Assembly: GCA_032250895.1 (NCBI GenBank)
Contig: JAVVEZ010000001.1
Span: 31,831-95,830, forward strand
Reading direction: 5' to 3'
DNA length: 64,000 nt
DNA from: Pseudomonadales bacterium
Lineage (GTDB): Bacteria; Pseudomonadota; Gammaproteobacteria; Pseudomonadales; Pseudohongiellaceae
Shown piece by piece: positions 60,901-64,000 of the stretch. Each line of letters begins with the position of its first letter. Position 1 is the first letter of the stretch. The notes under the pieces were generated by a model. That model made no database searches, had not been told where the DNA came from, and saw only the letters and a program-made list of their open reading frames with translations. A program made the translations under genes and the position numbers.

Positions 60901-63711
60901 GAGACTACGGATTACGATGCGCTGTTACTATCCGGTTTTCTGCGGGAATCCCGGGCGATCAATGCGCTCATCGGAAATCTTTACCAGGCCTTTCGGGTAG
61001 AACACCAGCATGACAGGGCGCAGCAGTTGCAGGATCAGTTTGCTCATTTTGAAGGTGCTGCCAGTCTGGCTGAACAGGCCGCCATTGCCTCGGTTTGTCA
61101 TGCCTTGTCGATTCTTTACAAGCAATATGCCGAGGGGCTGTTTTCAATCAACGATACGCTCATCACCTTGCTGGATCAGTTGCATGCCTGGGTGAATGCG
61201 GGCATGCAGATGCTGGAAGACGGCGCGGCCGCTCCGGCACCCGTACCCGACCACTTGCTGATGCAATTGAAGCAGAGCATCGGACAGCAGATCGCCGTCA
61301 GGACCACGGAGAAGGTCATGATGGCAGAGGAGCAGGTGGAAGAATCCCTGCTGGCCGTCTTTGTCGAAGAGGCTGCCGAAATCCTGCACGAGCTGGACAG
61401 TCGCATGGCAGACTGGCAGCAGGCTCCTGACGATCGCGGTGTTCTGGATGATCTGCTGCGTTCATTGCATACGCTCAAAGGCAGTGCGGCCCTGGTCGGC
61501 GAGCAGGAGCTGAGCGAGGCTGCGCATCGTTTCGAGACCCTGATCATCGAAGCCGGTCACGGCGGTCGACATCTGGATGAGCATTTCTTTGCCGTCGCCG
61601 ACCGGCATCTGAATATCCTGCAGGTCTTGTTTGCGCTGTACCGGAGCGATGAAAACGGATGTCTGCGCAGAATGCCGATCAGCGACGATGAACTGACAAA
61701 ACTGCTGCAGGTGGACGAGGTGGAGGTCAGCATCGGAGCTGCCGGCAGTCATGATGGCATCAGCGTCCTCAGCCCGGTCCCGCAAGTACAGGCGGCGTCA
61801 TTGGATATGCCGGAAACTGATGTCGCCCGCAGTAATACCGGGGTGGCGCTGGACGAGCATGTGCGGGTGTCCGGCAATCTGCTGAAAGACCTGCTCAATG
61901 ACACTGATGAAATCAGCATCGCCCGTAACCGTATTGAACAGAACATGACTGATTTCAATGTCCTGATGGCGGACATGGATGAAACCCTGGGCAGACTGCA
62001 GGATTATATCCATAGTTTTGAAATGCATACCAAAACCGGGACCGGTATCAGCCAGAGGGCGGTCGGCGATGGCCTGGTACCTGCGGGCGGGTATGACAGA
62101 AATCAGGGCAGTGATTTTGATGCGCTGGAGATGGACAAATACACCGAGTTGCAGCAAATAGCCCTGTCCTTGCTGGAAGACTATGACGACCTGCGCGACA
62201 TCAGGAAGAATCTGTCTGGCAAAATCAGAAATGTCGGCACCATGCTGAATGAACAGCAGCGCTCCACCCACAAGCTGCAGGACGGGCTCATTTCCTCGCA
62301 GATGGTGCCCTTTGCCGGCATTGTGCCGCGGCTGCGGCGGCTGGCCAGACAGGTCGGTACCGAGCTCAACAAGCAGCTCACGATCAAGTTCAGTAATCCG
62401 GAAGGAAAAATCGACAGAAGTATTCTGCAGGCTGTGGTCAGTCCGATCGAGCACATGATACGCAATGCGATTGACCATGGTATTGAATCCACCGAAGACC
62501 GGGCCGCGCTGCAGAAACCGCTCCAGGCCGAACTGCTGGTGAAACTGTATCGCCAGGGCGCCAATATCATTCTGGACATCAGCGATGACGGGCGCGGCAT
62601 CGACACCCGCAAGATCAGACAGAAAGCCATCGCTGACGGCATTCTGGATCCCGATGCCACGGTCTCTGATCAGGAACTGTGCCAGCTGATTCTGCGTGCC
62701 GGTTTCAGTACCTCCGACACTATTTCCCGTATTTCCGGTCGTGGCGTGGGCTTGGACGTGGTCCGGAAAGAGATCAAGCAGATTGGCGGTGATATTGAAA
62801 TTCATTCCCGCCCCGGGCTGGGGACGACCTTCAGGATTCGGCTGCCTCTGACTTCCTCCTTGAACCGGGCGCTGCTCTTCAGGGTGGCCGGGATCGAGTA
62901 TGTCATGCTGCTGAATACGATTGACGGCATTATTCTCGAAAAGACCGCGACCCTGCAAAACTGCTACAAGGAACAAAAGACCTCCGTCTTCCAGTATGCC
63001 GGTAAATCCTATGAACTGGCTTACCTCGGCGCGCTGCTGGGAGACCGTGCCACACCTGACTTTCAACACGGCATGGAGGTCTCGTCATCGCTGTTGCTGG
63101 TATCGGGTACACACAGGAATGTGGCCCTGCATGTCGACGCCATCATGGGCAGTCGAGAATTGGTCGTGAAGTCTCTGGGAAAGCAGTTTGCGAACATATC
63201 GGCACTGGCTGGCGGTGTCATTCTTGGTGATGGCCGGGTAGTGCTTGTGCTGGATCCTCACTCGCTGGTAGACAGCAATGCCAACAAAGACAGTGCATTG
63301 TTCCAGACCGTGCTGTCGGGTCAGTCAGTTGCAGCTGATACAGAAGGCGGCAAGACTGTACTGGTAGTGGATGATTCCATCACCGTCAGAAAAGTCACCT
63401 CGGCAATACTCAAGCGCAATGGCATGAAGGTGATACTGGCCAAGAACGGCCTGGAAGCGGTCGAGATACTGCAAAACACCTTGCCGGACATCATGCTGCT
63501 GGATATTGAAATGCCGAAAATGGACGGTTTTGAAGTCGCCGCCCATATCCGTCAGCAAGACAGCGATGTCAGGAACCTGCCGATTATCATGATTACGTCG
63601 CGCATCGGTGAGAAACATCGCAGCCGGGCAGAGAAAATCGGCGTGAACCAGTACATGTGCAAACCTTTCCAGGAAGAAAACCTGCTGGAAGTGATTGCCG
63701 GCTACAACTGA
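57949..63711 (+). CDS. chpA: Hybrid CheA-type histidine kinase ChpA (PilL) with multiple Hpt domains and a C-terminal receiver
   Basis: 1920 aa. ATGA overlap with pilJ. Two canonical Hpt motifs (SYHTLKGSGRMVGA, SLHTLKGSAALVGE) and two degenerate ones (VHTLYGNCTVAE, AHFEGAASLAE). HATPase (DDGRGID, GRGVGLDVV), a CheW-like domain and REC (VLVVDDSITVRK...LLDIEMPKMDGFE). Confidence 0.93.
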   Translation: METRVKPWQNFYAFSKVKTCIEHLVQEVAMTFEACLEEEQAALMSPQQFSLCSARLEQIAGVLRVMEYQELALLVDEMLGLLKDSANAAMQAEPARLVESRQLVFVAATDFPAILEGVLSGQIQHWYEYNQLFNRIRKARNMSLVFSSQTLLTKPHIPFKDRFATHPQQMTRLLDQHVAHYNEAKTQILQNRDIRQGINAFQNIFTNLEVMGRDFRLSTLWGLCATLAESLSEEQMRHEHPVLKLLCSFSTVMQRVRDNGARALNQNIPEDILEKVLDALTMPLHETSRLLAVKCWFNLDLELARAQRLKQQDLLVSFSRKDAFTKTIRLLTERISQLSERINGEIAGTDFSPGQIEDCIQALESIQASIRVLGIMSPVELIEQCLACAPRQAKVSDSLSRQSIVDFLNQCAQILYQCELSLLSHAEELERAVFVSRAGKDAGMAFTGVKLSVVLEAIKNLEQVVIAINNYVDADYDGSKLSDAIRQLEGARVALMAVPLEKAVAYCAGAREFVEHLLPHQGLAVRERGADASFHAFAHLIINTILYLEQVSIGRAEKFERIVQESDKLLESVQSALANEPERQAAAMAEAGNVTAGFSEEGPEQDSSDDTGPVSQPEPDTTVLEGDEDIQAIFIEEAEEILPQIHDSHDLLCQNLHDAEALADLRRSYHTLKGSGRMVGAEALAALAWSVENLLNHVIGGAVVLDNTVLGALRQVQEKLPFLVDGFRNNEHAAVVADSVAAEVAWMDSFVTANSVAEAPTGVLAETAGTAREKPALYIVTKQQDTAIDTPVHESGDLERAAAEDDVASESASKADGESLSEVFAIETQRQIGRIRQYLDDDLAADAEEQAITTSSYLIPVHTLYGNCTVAELQQFGHVVGQLERLLQDHPYRKVNNSLKILLSEFCEISARVTHDITGTTAVALTDALRQELDEFLSSLARVRDELSGHEPPDAYAVEIDAIVSTMSTDADSDNHYADADDSLETTDYDALLLSGFLRESRAINALIGNLYQAFRVEHQHDRAQQLQDQFAHFEGAASLAEQAAIASVCHALSILYKQYAEGLFSINDTLITLLDQLHAWVNAGMQMLEDGAAAPAPVPDHLLMQLKQSIGQQIAVRTTEKVMMAEEQVEESLLAVFVEEAAEILHELDSRMADWQQAPDDRGVLDDLLRSLHTLKGSAALVGEQELSEAAHRFETLIIEAGHGGRHLDEHFFAVADRHLNILQVLFALYRSDENGCLRRMPISDDELTKLLQVDEVEVSIGAAGSHDGISVLSPVPQVQAASLDMPETDVARSNTGVALDEHVRVSGNLLKDLLNDTDEISIARNRIEQNMTDFNVLMADMDETLGRLQDYIHSFEMHTKTGTGISQRAVGDGLVPAGGYDRNQGSDFDALEMDKYTELQQIALSLLEDYDDLRDIRKNLSGKIRNVGTMLNEQQRSTHKLQDGLISSQMVPFAGIVPRLRRLARQVGTELNKQLTIKFSNPEGKIDRSILQAVVSPIEHMIRNAIDHGIESTEDRAALQKPLQAELLVKLYRQGANIILDISDDGRGIDTRKIRQKAIADGILDPDATVSDQELCQLILRAGFSTSDTISRISGRGVGLDVVRKEIKQIGGDIEIHSRPGLGTTFRIRLPLTSSLNRALLFRVAGIEYVMLLNTIDGIILEKTATLQNCYKEQKTSVFQYAGKSYELAYLGALLGDRATPDFQHGMEVSSSLLLVSGTHRNVALHVDAIMGSRELVVKSLGKQFANISALAGGVILGDGRVVLVLDPHSLVDSNANKDSALFQTVLSGQSVAADTEGGKTVLVVDDSITVRKVTSAILKRNGMKVILAKNGLEAVEILQNTLPDIMLLDIEMPKMDGFEVAAHIRQQDSDVRNLPIIMITSRIGEKHRSRAEKIGVNQYMCKPFQEENLLEVIAGYN

Positions 63712-63731
63712 ACAGGCCTGAATATCGGAGC

Positions 63732-64000
63732 ATGCAGATGAATTCACTGGCAAAAAACCAGGGCGGAACCACTCGGGATGAAGGCCGCAGCCACTGCCTG
63801 CTGATCCGGGCGGAATCATTGCAGTTGATCGTGCCCAGAATACTGGTGGCAGAAGTCATCGACCTGGAGGGTATGGAGTTTGTCGCCAGTCTGAATCCGG
63901 GAATCAGAATATTTTTCTGGCGGGGTTATCAGGTGCCCTTGATCAGTTCGACAGTATTTGGTCAGGCAGGTCAGGTGGATAGTGCCGGGCACAGCAAGAT
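63732..64000 (+). CDS. chpC: CheW-like protein (ChpC-type), 3' end beyond the window
   Basis: Not in the ORF track (runs off the edge). Hand translation gives MQMNSLAKNQGGTTRDEGRSHCLLIRAESLQLIVPRILVAEVIDLEGMEFVASLNPGIRIFFWRGYQVPLISSTVFGQ..., matching the ChpC/CheW-like pattern. Confidence 0.65.
   Translation, partial: MQMNSLAKNQGGTTRDEGRSHCLLIRAESLQLIVPRILVAEVIDLEGMEFVASLNPGIRIFFWRGYQVPLISSTVFGQAGQVDSAGHSK

Noticed and set aside
61798-63069. 423-aa minus-strand ORF
   Set aside because: Antisense shadow inside chpA, whose HATPase and CheW-like motifs are encoded on the plus strand over the same span.

Overview
Gammaproteobacterial-type chromosomal window, mostly tightly packed protein-coding genes. 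I recognised no rRNA, tRNA, CRISPR array, transposase or integrase.

Layout:
- 1-12.9 kb: TCA-cycle supercluster. gltA is divergent from sdhCDAB-sucA-sucB-lpdA-sucCD.
- 13.2-18.5 kb: six-gene TonB2-type energiser cluster (ttpB-ttpC-exbB-exbD-tonB-ttpD).
- 18.6-27.2 kb: htpG, a lipoprotein alpha/beta-hydrolase, a cspA-family gene, a ~169-bp palindromic MITE/REP-like element, a secreted protein whose mature N-terminus is predicted to be His (histidine-brace/LPMO-like candidate), monomeric NADP-isocitrate dehydrogenase, and argS.
- 27.4-31.5 kb: a co-directional trio of mlaA, a COG1033/MMPL-type RND exporter and an MlaC/Ttg2D-like periplasmic protein. No mlaFEDB is visible. I consider this the best candidate for an undescribed (lipid-trafficking) system.
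- 31.5-50.3 kb: accessory-looking block rich in hydrolases and oxidoreductases, with no transcription factor and no mobility gene. It holds a YeeE-like permease, a CmcJ/NvfI-like oxidoreductase and an AAHS MFS transporter-acyl-CoA ligase-family III CoA-transferase module. It also holds an MBL hydrolase, two paralogous GMC oxidoreductases each next to a beta-lactamase-fold serine hydrolase, and VOC, PHB-depolymerase-like esterase, Bcr-type MFS, SnoaL-like and SDR genes.
- 50.2-51.2 kb: an SDR 3' relic followed by a visibly AT-richer stretch with an ORFan. This looks like a rearrangement scar.
- 51.2-64 kb: an atypical TonB_C-domain protein, a degenerate REC-PAS-EAL (FimX-like, GGDEF-less) protein, and the type IV pilus chemosensory cluster pilG-pilH-pilI-pilJ-chpA-chpC(partial). 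pilK is absent from its usual slot between pilJ and chpA, and chpB from its slot after chpA.

All calls come from reading the translations and the sequence by eye. No database search was run.
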